Made by a program: the position numbers and the translations under genes
Notes under the pieces: model-generated
What the model saw: the letters and a program-made list of their open reading frames with translations, nothing else
What the model was told of the DNA's origin: nothing
Database searches by the model: none
From: the human T2T-CHM13v2.0 reference genome, Homo sapiens
DNA length: 64,000 nt
Assembly (NCBI RefSeq): GCF_009914755.1
Contig: NC_060932.1
Direction: 5' to 3' (one strand)
Shown: piece after piece, positions 1 through 11,607 of the stretch
How the letters are laid out: every line of letters begins with the position of its first letter
Numbering within the stretch: the stretch's first letter is position 1

Positions 1-676
1 GGCCTTCCTATGTGTTTCTCAAATGGTATAGCATTTCCTCCCCTGCTTTCTAGCTGCTACATTTCCACTGCATTTCCTTGAAGTCCCCAAAACCTGTTGG
101 CTATATTTTTCCCTTCATGTGTGAGACAGGAAGAGAAGAGTGGATTAGACTGAGAAAAATGCCTTTTCTTAAACTGAAATACATCTCTACACATTCTCTT
201 CTTCTGGAGGGCAGCTCTTTGTTATAGAGAACACTCTGGGTGTGTTTCACAATTTTGATTCTTCCCTATTCTATGCCACAGCCAGGAAAGGGTCTTTCTT
301 GGATCTTTACTTTGAGGATATGATAGGTTTCCTTGAAATAGAGCCCATGCAAATATGGGATTTCCTAAAACTGTGGTCCCCAAAAGGCTCTCCCTCTCAA
401 GCTATTATACAGTTAGCCTCCGTCAGTTTGTTAAAATTGCAATTTCAGTATCTTTACAGGGTATATGGCTCTATTACATTCTGCTCCATTGTTGCTGTAT
501 TTTTCTGATTGTACCTGTCTCTAGATTTCAGATTGCAATTTGCCCTGTGACCTCAGTTTTCTGATAAGTAGCATAAAACAAAAGTAATTTTTCAGAATTT
601 TCAGCTTTTTCTTATTGTAGGCATGGGAATAAGAACTTCGAAGCTCTTACATGTTGGAGCCAAAATTGGAATTCCC
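1..676 (-). mobile_element. Old L1M (L1MD-like) 5' region fragment
   Basis: Segment 541-676 (tgccctgtgacctcagttttctg...aagctcttacatgttggagccaaaattggaattcc) resembles the recalled reverse complement of the L1MD-type 5' end. Boundaries approximate. Confidence 0.45.
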
Positions 677-1143
677 ATGCATGGGGTTATGATAAATAGT
701 AATCATTCATCTTCAAAACCACTGATACCAGCTTGGCCAAAAATATGCTTAAGAAAAATCTTTCTTTATATTAATATCAGACTCTGTATGGTTCTTAGCC
801 CTTTCTCATCCCTGCAGCTAAAGGCATGTGGTCCTCTGTTCCTATACCAAACAGTATCAGTTAAGATGGAGATTTCAGGGGCCTTGTTTTTACATACTGT
901 TGAAATCAATCCTGCTTTAGCTAAGTCTGTTTTGGGCCTAATTTCCAGATTCCTAATTCTTGGGATTGTTTTCTCCAGCTGAGGAATTCTTAACCAAACA
1001 AGAGACTTGTTTTTTCATTTCCTAATCTGATGATTCCCTTTTCTATCACCTGTTTTTAAGACTTAATTCCTGCCTCTAAACTCCAGCTAAGTGTTGCCTT
1101 TTGAGCCTAATCCTTATATCTCTGGAAGTCAGTATTTTCTACC

Positions 1144-1535
1144 TGTCAGGCCTCTGAGCCCAAGCTAAGCCATCATATCCCCTGTGACCTGCACATACAC
1201 ATCCAGATGGCTGGTTCCTGCCTTAAGTGATGACATTCCACCACAAAAGAAGTGAAAATGGCCTGTTCCTGCCTTAACTGATGACATTGTCTTGTGAAAT
1301 TCCTTCTCCTGGCTCAAAAGCTCCCCCACTGAGTACCTTGTGACCCCCACTCCTGCCCACCAGAGAACAACCCCCCTTTTTCCTTTACCTACCCAAATCC
1401 TATAAAAGGGCCACACCCCTATCTCCCTTCGCTGACTCTCTTTTCAGACTCAGCCTGCCTGCACCCAGGTGATTAAAAACTTTATTGCTCACACAAAGCC
1501 TGTTTGGTGGTCTCTTCACAGGGACATGCATGAAA
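1144..1535 (+). promoter_or_regulatory. 5' LTR7 of HERV-H (392 bp)
   Basis: Starts TGTCAGGCCTCTGAGCCCAAGC. TATAAAA at 1401-1407, ATTAAA at 1472-1477, ACAAAAGA (SOX-like) at 1243-1250. Directly followed by the PBS. Confidence 0.96.
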
Positions 1536-1537
1536 TT

Positions 1538-1555
1538 TGGTGCCGTGACTCAGAT
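1538..1555 (+). other. Primer binding site complementary to tRNA-His
   Basis: TGGTGCCGTGACTCAGAT, one mismatch from the canonical HERV-H PBS TGGTGCCGTGACTCGGAT, 2 nt after the 5' LTR. Confidence 0.93.
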
Positions 1556-1678
1556 CGGGGGACCTCCTTTGGGAGATCAATCCCCTGTCCTCCTGATCTT
1601 TGCTCCATGAGAAAGATCCACCTACAACCTCAAGTCCTCAGACTGACCAGCCCAAGAAACATCTCACCAATTTCAAAT

Positions 1679-1687
1679 CCGGTAAGC
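1679..1687 (+). promoter_or_regulatory. HERV-H major splice donor (CCG|GTAAGC)
   Basis: tttcaaatccg|gtaagc, about 145 nt after the 5' LTR, at the position of the known HERV-H leader donor. Confidence 0.8.
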
Positions 1688-2140
1688 AGCCTCTTTTTAC
1701 TCTTTTCTCTAACCTCCCTCACTATCCCTCAACCTCTTTCTCCTTTCAATCTTGGTGCCACACTTCAGTCTCTCCCTTCTCTTAATTTCAATTCCTTTCA
1801 TTTTCTGGTAGAGACAAAGGAGACATGTTTTATCCATGGACCCAAAACTCCTGCACCAGTCATGGACTGGGAAGGCAGCCTTCCCTTGGTGTTTAATCAT
1901 TTCAGGGACGCCTCTCGGATTATTCATCCAGGTTTCAGAGGTGTCAGACCGTGCAGGGATGCTTGCCTTGGTCTTTCACCCTTAGTGGCAAATCCTGCTT
2001 TTCTGGGGGAGAGGCAAGTACCCCAAACCCTTCTCTCCATGTCTCTACCCCTTCTCCACCTTTCTGGGGGGCAAGAAACCCCCAATCCCTTCTCCTTCAC
2101 TCTTAGCGGCAAGTCCCGCTTTTCTAGGGGAGGGGCAAGT

Positions 2141-2318
2141 ACCCCAACCTCATATCTCTGCACCCCAATCCCTTATTTCTGCACCCCAACCTCTTATCTC
2201 TGCACCCCAATCCCTTATTTCCATGCCCCGACCTCCTATCTCTGCACCCAGATCCCTTATTTCCATGCCCCGGCCTCTTATCTCTGCGCCCCATCCCTTA
2301 TTTCCATGCCCTGACCCC
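2141..2318 (+). repeat. Leader minisatellite: alternating ~21-bp units forming a ~42-bp higher-order repeat, about 4 copies
   Basis: accccaacctc(a/t)tatctctgc alternates with accccaatcccttatttc(tgc/catgc); translates as a repeated PTSYLC/TPIPYF pattern. Confidence 0.85.
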
Positions 2319-2406
2319 TTTCCCACTTTTCTGGAAGGTAAGAACCCCCAAACCCCTTCCCTCTGTGTCTCTACTCTCTCTTTTCTCTGGGCTTGCTTCC
2401 TTCACT

Positions 2407-3650
2407 ATGGGCAACATTGCACCCTCCATTCCTCCTTCTTCTCCCTTAGCCTGTGTTCTCAAAAACTTAAAACCTCTTCAACTCACACCTGACCTAAAAC
2501 CTAAATGCCTTATTTTCTTCTGCAATGCCCCTTGACCCCAATACAAACTCAAGAGTAGTTCCAAATAGCCAGAAAATGGCACTTTCAATTTTTCCATCCG
2601 GCAAGATCTAAATAATTCTTGTTGTAAAATAGGCAAATGGTCTGAGGTGCATGACATCCAGGCATTCTTTTACACATTGGTCCCTTCCTAGTCTCTGTGC
2701 CCAATGCAACTCATCCCAAATCCTCCTTCTTTCCCTCCCGCCTGTCCCCTCAGTCCCAACCCCAAGCATCGCTGAGTCTTTCTAATCTTCCTTTTCTACG
2801 GACCCATCTGACCTCTCCCCTCCTCGCCAGGCCGAGCTAGGTCCCAATTCTTCCTCAGCCTCCGCTCCTCCACCCTATAATCCTTTTATCACCTCTCCTC
2901 CTCTCACCCAGTCCGGCTTACAGTTTCATTCCGTGACTAGCCCTCCCCGACCTGCCCAGCAATTTCCTCTTAAAAAGGTGGCTGAAACTAAAGGCATAGT
3001 CAAGGTTAATGCTCCTTTATCTTTATCAGAACTCTCCCAAATCAGTGAGCATTTAGGCTCTTTCATCAAATATGAAAAACCCAGCCCAGTTCATGGCTCA
3101 TTCAGCAGCAACCCTGAGACGCTTTACAGTCTTAGACCCTAAAAGATTAAAAGGCCATCTTATTCTCAATATACATTTTATTACCCATCCTGCTCCCGAC
3201 ATTAAATAAAGCTCCAAAAATTAAATTCCGGCCCTCAAACCCCACAACAGGACTTAATTAACTTCACCTTCGAGGTGTGCAATTAATAGAGTAGAGGCAG
3301 CCAAGTAGCAACATATTTCTGAGTTGCAATTCTTTGCCTCCACTGAGACAAACCCCAGCCACGTCTACAGCACACAAGAACTCCAAATGCCTGAACCGCA
3401 GCTGCAAGGGGTTCCTCCAGAACCTCCTCCCCCAGAGCTTGCTACAAGTGCCAGAAATCTGACCACTGGGCCAAGGAATGCCCACAGCCCAGGATTCCTC
3501 TTAAGCCGTATCCCATCTGTGTAGGACCCTACTGAAAATCAGACTGTTCAACTCACCTGGCAGCCACTCCCAGAGCCCCTGGAACTCTGGCCCAAGGCTC
3601 TCTGACTGACTCCTTCCCAGATCTTCTCAGCTTAGCAGCTGAAGACTGAC
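2407..3650 (+). pseudogene. gag: HERV-H gag remnant
   Basis: ATG GGC AAC start-like sequence at 2407. Zinc knuckle CYKCQKSDHWAKEC (CX2CX4HX4C) at 3440-3481. Multiple stops and frameshifts. Confidence 0.8.
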
Positions 3651-3699
3651 ACTGCCCAATCGCCTCAGAAGCCTACAGGACCATCACAGATGCTCTAGG

Positions 3700-5860
3700 T
3701 AACTCTCACAGTGGAAGGTAAGTCCATCCCCTTCTTAATACGGAGGCTACTCACTCCACATTACCTTATTTTCAAGGGCCTGTTTCCCTTGCTTCTATAA
3801 CTGTCGTGCGTATTGACAGCCAGGCTTCTAAACCTCTTAAAACTCCCCAACTCTGGTGCCAACTTAGACAATACTCTTTTAAGCACTCCTTTTAATTATC
3901 CCCACCTGCCCAGTTCCCTTATCAGGCCGAGATACTTTAACTTAATTATCTGCTTCCCTGACTGTTCCTAGGCTACAGCCACACCTCATTGCTGCCTTTT
4001 CCCCCAGTTCAAAGCCTCCTTCACATCCTCCCCTTGTATCTCCCCACCTTAACCCACAAGTATGACACCTCTACTCCCTCCTTAGTGACCGATTATGCAC
4101 CCCTTACCATCCCATTAAAAACTAATCACCCTTACCCCACTCAATGACAATATCCCATCCCACAGCATGCTTTGAAAGGATTAAAGCCTGTTATCACTCG
4201 TCTGTTACAGCATGGCCTTTTAAAGCCTATAAACTCTTCTTACCATTCCCCCATTTTACCTGTCCTAAAACCAGACAAGGCTTACAGGTTAGTTCAGAAT
4301 CTGCGCCTTATCGACCAAATTGTTTTGCCTATCCACCCCGTGGTGCCAAACCCATATACTCTCCTATCCTCAATACCTGCCTCTACAACCCATTATTCTG
4401 TTCTGGATCTCAAACATGCTTTCTTTATTATTCCTTTGCACCCTTCATCCCAGCCTCTCTTTGCTTTCACTTAGACTGACCCTCACACCCATTAGGCTCA
4501 GCAAATTACCTGGGCTGTACTGCTGCAAGGCTTCACAGATAGCCCCCATTACTTCAGTCAAGCACAAATTTCATCCTCATCTGTTACCTATCTCGGCATA
4601 ATTCTCATAAAAATACACGTGCTCTCCCTGCTGATCATGTCTGATTAATCTCCCAAACCTCAATCCCTTACAAAACAACAACTCCTTTCCTTCCTAGGCA
4701 TGGTTAGTGTGGTCAGAATTCTTACACAAGAGCCAGGACCACACCCTGTAGCCTTTCTGTCCAAACAACTTGACCTTACTGTTTTAGCTTAGCCCTCACG
4801 TCTGCATGTAGCGGTTGCCGCTGCTTTAATACTTTCAGAGGCCCTAAAAATCACAAACTATGCTCAACTCACTCTCTACATTTCTCATAACTTCCAACAT
4901 CTATTTTCTTCCTCACACCTGATGCATATACTTTCTGCTCCCCAGCTCCTTTAGCTGTACTCACTCTTTGTTAAATCCCACAATTACCATTGTTCCTGGC
5001 CTGCACTTCAATCCGGCCTCCCACATTATTCTGGATACTACACCTGACCCTCATGACTGTATCTCTCTGATCCACCTGACATTCACCCCATTTCCCCATA
5101 TTTCCTTCTTTCCTGATCAGGGTGAGGACCCTGATCATGCTTGATTTATTGATGGCAGTTCCACCAGGCCTAATCGCCACACACCAGCAAAGGCAGGCTA
5201 TGCTATAGTACAAGCCACTAGCCCGCCTCTTAGAACCTCTCATTTTCTTTCCATCGTGGAAACCTATCCTCAAGGAAATAACTTCTCAGTGTTCCATCTG
5301 CTATTCTACTACTCCTCAGGGATTATTCAGGCCCCCTCCCTTCCCTACACATCAAGCTCGAGGATTTGCCCTCACCCAGGACTGGCAAATTAGCTTTACT
5401 CAACATGCCCCAAGTCAGATAACTAAAATACCTCTTAGTCTAGGTAGACACTTTCACTGGATAGGTACAGGCCTTTCCTACAGGGTCTGAGAAGGCCACC
5501 ACAGTCATTTCTTCCATTCTGTCAGACATAATTCCTCAGTTAAGCCTTCCCACCTCAATACAGTCTGATAACAGATAAGCCTTTATTAGTCAAATCAGCC
5601 AAGCAGTTTTTCAGGCTCTTAGTATTCAGTGAAACCTTTATATCCCTTACGGTCCTCCATCTTCAGGAAAAGTAGAACGGACTAAAGGTCTTTTAAAAAC
5701 ACACCTCACCAAGCTCAACCACCAACTTAAAAATGACTGGACAATACTTTTACCACTTTCCCTTCTCAGAAGTCAGACCTGTCCTCAGAATGCTACAGGG
5801 TACAGCCCATTTGAGCTCCTGTATAGATGCTCCTTTTTATTAGGCCCCAGTCTCATTCCA
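3700..5860 (+). pseudogene. pol: HERV-H pro-pol remnant (protease, RT N-terminal part, RNase H and integrase fragments)
   Basis: LTVEGK... protease-like start. ORF 4172-4474 has RT motifs (SPILPVLKPDKAYRLVQ, YSVLDLKHAFF) followed by QGFTDSP; the YxDD region is missing. FIDGSS (RNase H) near 5145 and integrase-like sequence at ~5270-5830. Confidence 0.9.
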
Positions 5861-6453
5861 GACACCAGACCAACTTAGACTGTGCCCCCAAAAAACTTGT
5901 CATCCCTACTATCTTCTGTCTAGTCATACTCCTATTCACCATTCTCAACTACTCATACATGCCCTGCTCTTGTTTACACTGCTGGTTTACACTGTTTCTC
6001 CAAGCCATCACAGCTGATATCTCCTGGTGCTATCCCCAAACTGCGACTCTTATCTCTTGAAGTAAATAAATAATCTTTGCTGACAGGACTATGCTGAATC
6101 TCCTTAGGCACTCTCTAATTAGATGTCCTAGGTCCTCCCAATTCTTAGGCCTTTAATACCTGTTTTTCTCCTTCTCTTATTCCGTTTAGTTTTTCAATTC
6201 ATACAAAACCGTATCCAGGCCATCACTAATAATTCTACACGACAAATGTTTCTTCTAACAACCCCACAGTATCACCCCTTACCACAAGATCTTCCTTCAG
6301 CTTTATCTCTCCCACTCTAGGTTCCCACGCCACCCCTAATCCCGCTTGAAGCAGCCCTGAGAAACATCGCCCATTATCTCTCCATACCACCCCCAAAAAT
6401 TTTCACCACCCCAACACTTTACCACTATTTCGTTTTATTTTTCTTATTAATAT

Positions 6454-6466
6454 AAGAAGACAGGAA
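6454..6466 (+). other. Polypurine tract
   Basis: AAGAAGACAGGAA immediately before the 3' LTR. Confidence 0.85.
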
Positions 6467-6818
6467 TGTCAGGCCTCTGAGCCCAAGCTAAGCCATCATA
6501 TCCCCTGTGGCCTCCAGGTACACATCCAGATGGCCAGTTCCTGCCTTAACTGATGACACTGTCTTGTGAAATTCCTTCTCCTGGCTCTTCCTGGCTCAAA
6601 AGCTCCCCCACTGCGTACCTTGTGACCCCCACTCCTGCTCGCCAGAGAACAACCCCCCTTTTCCCTTTACCTACCCAAATCCTATAAAACAGCCCCATCC
6701 CATCTCCCTTCGCTGACTCTCTTTTCGGACTCAGCCCGCCTGCACCCAGGTGAAATAAACAGCCATGTTGCTCACACAAAGCCTGTTTGGTGGTCTCTTC
6801 ACATGGACGTGCATGAAA
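6467..6818 (+). mobile_element. 3' LTR7 of HERV-H (352 bp)
   Basis: Direct repeat of the 5' LTR. TATAAAA at 6683-6689, AATAAA at 6754-6759; followed by TSD CTACC. Confidence 0.96.
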
Positions 6819-9229
6819 CTACCTACACCCATACGGAAGGGAACAAATCATGGTAAACCACAAGCACTAGTAGCATTTACGATAGTTGCTGAAGATCCTC
6901 CTTAGCTCCCAGCCTTCTGTTCTGTTCCAAGTCAGCCTGCCTCCTGATGCTAGATGTTCTTCCTTCTCCCTGACCTTTATAAGAGATCGTGGAATTGAGG
7001 GCTGCACTGGAGCCTACCTCTGCTTTTATGGAACACATTGAATCTACTAAAATCAGTGTTTTCTCACTAAAAGCAAGATCTCAATTATGTAAATAGTACA
7101 GGATTTCAAAAATCTCATTCACTGGTGATTTCAGGTAGTTGGATCTAGGATACTGAGGGAGACAGAGCATGATCAAGCTTGTTCCTTGATTGGCCAGATA
7201 GTTAATTCAGTTCAGTATTTGCTCTGAATAGACAGAGATGTATAGTTGTACGTAATTCTTTATTTTTGATCCTAAAAGTCAGTCGTGCTAAGTAACTAGT
7301 TACATACATTTAGTGCTAGCACACACATTTTTAGTTATAGTCTTTAGAAAAACTATAAGCTGTGTTTGAATTATGCTTCAACCACTAACTTTGTGACCTT
7401 GGCTAAATCACATAAACTCCCCATATCACTTTCCTTAGTCTTAAATAAAGATAACACACAGTGAGTGCTCAGGAAATACCAACTCCTCTTTACCCCCATA
7501 CATACTGCTCAGCCTGAATGTTGCATCTTCTGGGCCTTGTTCACTTTTGCCAATGTGTGACTTGCTACAAAAACATGTGTTCATGGATGATATGTCTTTT
7601 CAAAAACCTTCCCTCTATGCCTATCACGCTGGTATTTTTTTAAGCTAGTCTATCACTGAAAATTCACAAACTCATACCTGCCTGTTGAAACTATGTCCTT
7701 GCTTCACATTCTAACTGAAGATCTAACTGTGATAAAATATTTTTCACTCTCACTATCCACGTTGTTTTACACATCTACACTGGTGTCTGTCAACTTTGCA
7801 ACAGAATACACTTATATGTAAACCTCTTTCACTAAATCATGAACCCATAGAGTGCCAACCATTTACAATTAGTGTCAATGTGGAATTTTGTTCTCAACAG
7901 ATACTGGGTAAATTAAATATTTTATCAAATAATGATCACTGCACCTGAATAGCAGATATGTTGACATTTCCTTTTAAACTGGAGTACATTTATCTCCATT
8001 ACAGGGACTGTGTGGTCTAACATTTATAAACACTGTGCATAGCAGTGAACCATGAAGTTAACATTTATTAATCAATTTTGAGGCCTTAGTGTATTTCATA
8101 GTTTAAATTGGTGTTCTGATCAAAAGAAAATAAGAAAATGGTGGAACAAAAGTTTTAGAAAAAAAGGGCAGGGAAAGAGGAAAGAAGGAAGTAACAAAAT
8201 GAAGATTCCTAGCCCTATAGCAACAAATATCTAGCAGGTGCTGAATGGTTGTTTTTCGTTTTTTGTTTTTTTTGTTTTTCAGAAAAGTAATGGAATGCTA
8301 CAGCCTAGTCAGTTTTGAGAAAAGGCTAACCAACAACAACAACAACAAATCACAGTCATGCTCAGATTGCACATGAACAAAAAAATGTTGGAGAGAAACC
8401 ATTGAAATAACTCACCGGTCCTCTTGTGTTGCTGCTTATCTGATTATCTGAGGTCAAGGGAACTGAGGACAACAAAGGAAATTAGGTCTTTCATAGTTCT
8501 CATTAAATGCTGGAGGAGTCTGACTACTGCTGAGCTGAGCACTTCAGCGGCTTTGGAAAAGGAAGTGTGGTTACTTATTTCACCACCTTCATTGTGCTGG
8601 AGGAAATAAGAAATAGCTCTGAGACTAATAATAACAGAAACGGCATCCACAGCAGCAGAGCCCAGTTGCGCTTCCTAAAGGCAGTATAAATAATTAAGTG
8701 TCTCTATAGGCAAGCCACTAGGAATAAACGAAAAAGAGCTGCAATTGCTGATGTGGTTTCACCCCAGTCCTGCCCATGTTTCTTAACAGGAAAGGGAGTT
8801 GCAATACCAATAATAAAATCTTAGAGCTGGAAAGAACATTTATTTGCCTGTTTATTCATTCATTTACTCAGTCATTATTGGGCACTTACGGTAGACTAGT
8901 CGTTATGTTACCTACTAGGAGCTTGGATATCACCCACTTTTATGTCTTCATTCTTTGAGCGAAGAGCTATCTACATGGTGAGTCCAAAAGTGCACAAGAG
9001 GAAACCTGGCTTGTCCAAACCAAGGGCTATAACTTAGTTTCCTAACTGCCCAGCAAAAATATTTTCTGTTAGGCTCCACTTTAACTCTTAAAAATGTGGC
9101 TTGTGAATTACTTGATGAATAATTTTACTTTCTTGATTATATTAAGCACAAAAAGGAAGAGAAACACAATTACAATATTAAAATTGTGAAAGGCATCTCA
9201 CCAAGGTGCTTCTTCTGAGAACTCCATGT

Positions 9230-10380
9230 CTCCATTGCTTATTTGAAACCTTTATTTTGCTTGGCCTCTGGGTCCCACTGCCTCTGGATTTACTTCTCAC
9301 CTGCTGACTGCTCCTTCTTTTTTACTTTTTCTGTGTGCTCTCTATCTTCCTGACCTCTTTAATTTGAATGTCCTAGGACTCAGCCCTTTGGCTTCTCTTT
9401 GCAATCAGTGCACACACCCTAGATTTACCCATCCAATGCCACAGCCTTAAATAACATCAATATTCTTCTGATGGCTCTCAAAGTAATATATTTTGCTCTG
9501 ACGTCCCTCTTTAATTCTACATGTATATCAGACTGTCTGTCTATTTGGCAGCCCCAGTGTGATGTTCCTCTAGAATCACTACCTTAACATATGTGAAACA
9601 AACTCTTTTCACCCCACCCCTCACCAAAAAAATCTATTTTTTATATATGTATCCATTCAAGAAAAGGAAACCTTCTTTCATTTGCTCGGGTAAAACACTC
9701 TGAGTAACCGGTTCCTCTAATTTCTCTATTTCCCATATTCAGTCCATGAGCAAATTTTACAACTGTTAACTTTGAAATAATACACACAGCATCCAATCAC
9801 TTATCTAAACTCTGTCGCTGCCGCTCGGGTCTAAGCACCATCATGTCTCACCTGGATTATTGTGACAGTCTTCTTAATGGGTTTTCTGCATTTCCTTTTT
9901 GCTCCACTGTAGTCTATGCTTCTCAGAGCAGCCTAAGTCAATCCTCTGCTCAAAATGCTCCAATGCACACTGCACTCTATCAAAGCTCTAACTATTGCTA
10001 AAATGACCCATTGTCTCCTTTATTCCTGCTACCTCTCAAGTCACATGCCCTATCCCCATGCCTCCTCCAACTGTCCCTCTGACGCAGCTATCGAGTACCT
10101 TGCTGTTCCTCAAACACAGTAAGCACACCCTATCTTAGGGTGTTTGCATTATCTATTCCCACTGCATGGTGTGCTTTTTTTTGCTATGCACCCGCATGGT
10201 TTATCTTCACAGAGATCTTGGCTAACACTAGCACCTTTTCATTCTATGGTCCTTTCCTCTGCTTTATTTTTCTCTTTGCACCTTTCACCGTCTGATCCAT
10301 ACTTTTTGATTGTTTTCCCCTCAAGGACATAAGCACCATGACAATAGGAATGTCACTTTATTTATTTATGTCTCCTTCTA
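9230..10380 (+). mobile_element. L2 (L2a-like) 3' fragment
   Basis: Typical pyrimidine-rich L2 phrases: ctcacctggattattgtgacagtcttcttaatgg, ttgctgttcctcaaacac, cttagggtgtttgcatt. Boundaries approximate. Confidence 0.65.
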
Positions 10381-10635
10381 CGTAAGTGTATTGGCCCCAG
10401 AAATCTAGACCTCTAATTTTAAAGAGGCCATTTTTTTTTCCTCCAGCTTCAAAATAATTGCACTTCAAAATTGTAATACTTTGTGAACAAAGGAAAAAGA
10501 TTTAAAATTATGGGTCTAGGGTCAAGGCAATGGTGGAAGATAAAAAGGAAAGATGTTACATTCCTTGGGGGACAAGGTTGGTCTTGAAGAAGAAAGAAAA
10601 CAATGAGGATGTTGAATGAAGTAAAAAACAATGTT

Positions 10636-10914
10636 GGCCAGGCGCGGCGACTCACGCCTGTAATCCCAGCACTTTGGGAGGCAAAGGCAGGTGGATCACA
10701 AGGTCAGGAGTTTGAGACCAGCCTGGCCAACATAGTGAAACCTCGTCTCTACTGAAAATACAAAAATTAGCCAGGCATGGTGGTGCACGCCTGTAGTCCC
10801 AGCTACTCTAGGGGCTGAGCCAGGAGAATCGCTTGAACCCAGGAGGCGGAGGTTGTGGTGAGCTGAGATCACGCCACCTCATTCCAGCCTGAGCAGCCAA
10901 CCGAGACTCCATCT

Positions 10915-10945
<31 letters not shown>
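10636..10945 (+). mobile_element. Alu, AluS (Sg-like)
   Basis: Full dimer with 2-bp deletion (gatcac--aaggtcagg), A30 tail, then a (TA)n tract to ~10971. Confidence 0.95.
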
Positions 10946-10949
<4 letters not shown>

Positions 10950-11467
10950 TCTATATATATATATATATATAGGAAAAGAGGACAATATTCCAACATAAAT
11001 GTTAATATAATTATTTCCATGAGGCAGTAATTGGAATTATCAAGGGAAATGACTCACAATGAAGGCAGTCATGCCTGTTTGAAGTGGATCTAAGAGTAGA
11101 AACAGCAAGCAGGGTGTCTATTTGGGTAATGAGAAGGGAGAAAGTGTTGGTAAACAGAAGGAAGAAAGCTACTAATTTTCCCAGAGTCTGTTTAAGATGA
11201 AGTTCTGCTCCAATCAGCTAATTTTAAGAGGTTTTAGATTAATCTTGTTAAACATTTCAGCATGATGGAGTTTGGGATTATTTGATGTAAATAGTTCTTA
11301 CACAAAATGTAAATGTTATCTTAATAAATATTTTTAAAAAAGGATTTGAGAAAATTCAACAACTATTTCTAATAAAACAAATAAGCATATAATCATTAAA
11401 AAATTAAAAAACAATTTTATTTTGAAATATTTTTATTTTAACATTCTTATCAAACTTTAAAAAAAAT

Positions 11468-11607
11468 GTCAGACACCATGGCTCATGCTTGTAATCCCAA
11501 CTATTTGAGAGGCTGATCAAGGCGTTTGAGGCTGCAGTAAGCTATGATGGGACCACTGCACTCTAGCCTGAGCAACATCATGAGACTCCATCTCTTAAAA
11601 AAATAAA
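11468..11607 (+). mobile_element. Alu monomer (FLAM-like) or deleted AluJ
   Basis: ggctcatgcttgtaatccca...tttgaggctgcagtaagctatgat...ctctagcctgagcaaca...A tail. Confidence 0.75.

Larger units (their letters stand above)
1469..2314 (+). other. Open HERV-H leader ORF (281 codons from GTG; first ATG at 1526), ESRG-like; translation unproven
   Basis: Translation AHTKPVWWSLH...EIWCRDSDRGTS...RNISPISNPVS...DWEGSLPLVFNH matches my recollection of the HERV-H-derived putative ESRG/HESRG protein. Probably a paralogous HERV-H copy, so no gene symbol is given. Confidence 0.45.
1144..6818 (+). mobile_element. HERV-H provirus (LTR7-HERVH-int-LTR7), common internally deleted ~5.7-kb type
   Basis: Two LTRs, both TGTCAGGCC...GCATGAAA. 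5-bp TSD CTACC at 1139-1143 and 6819-6823. His-tRNA PBS, polypurine tract and gag/pro/pol remnants in between. Confidence 0.98.

Noticed and set aside
4172-4474. Functional reverse transcriptase
   Set aside because: Only a 100-aa fragment ending at a stop; the catalytic YxDD region is absent.
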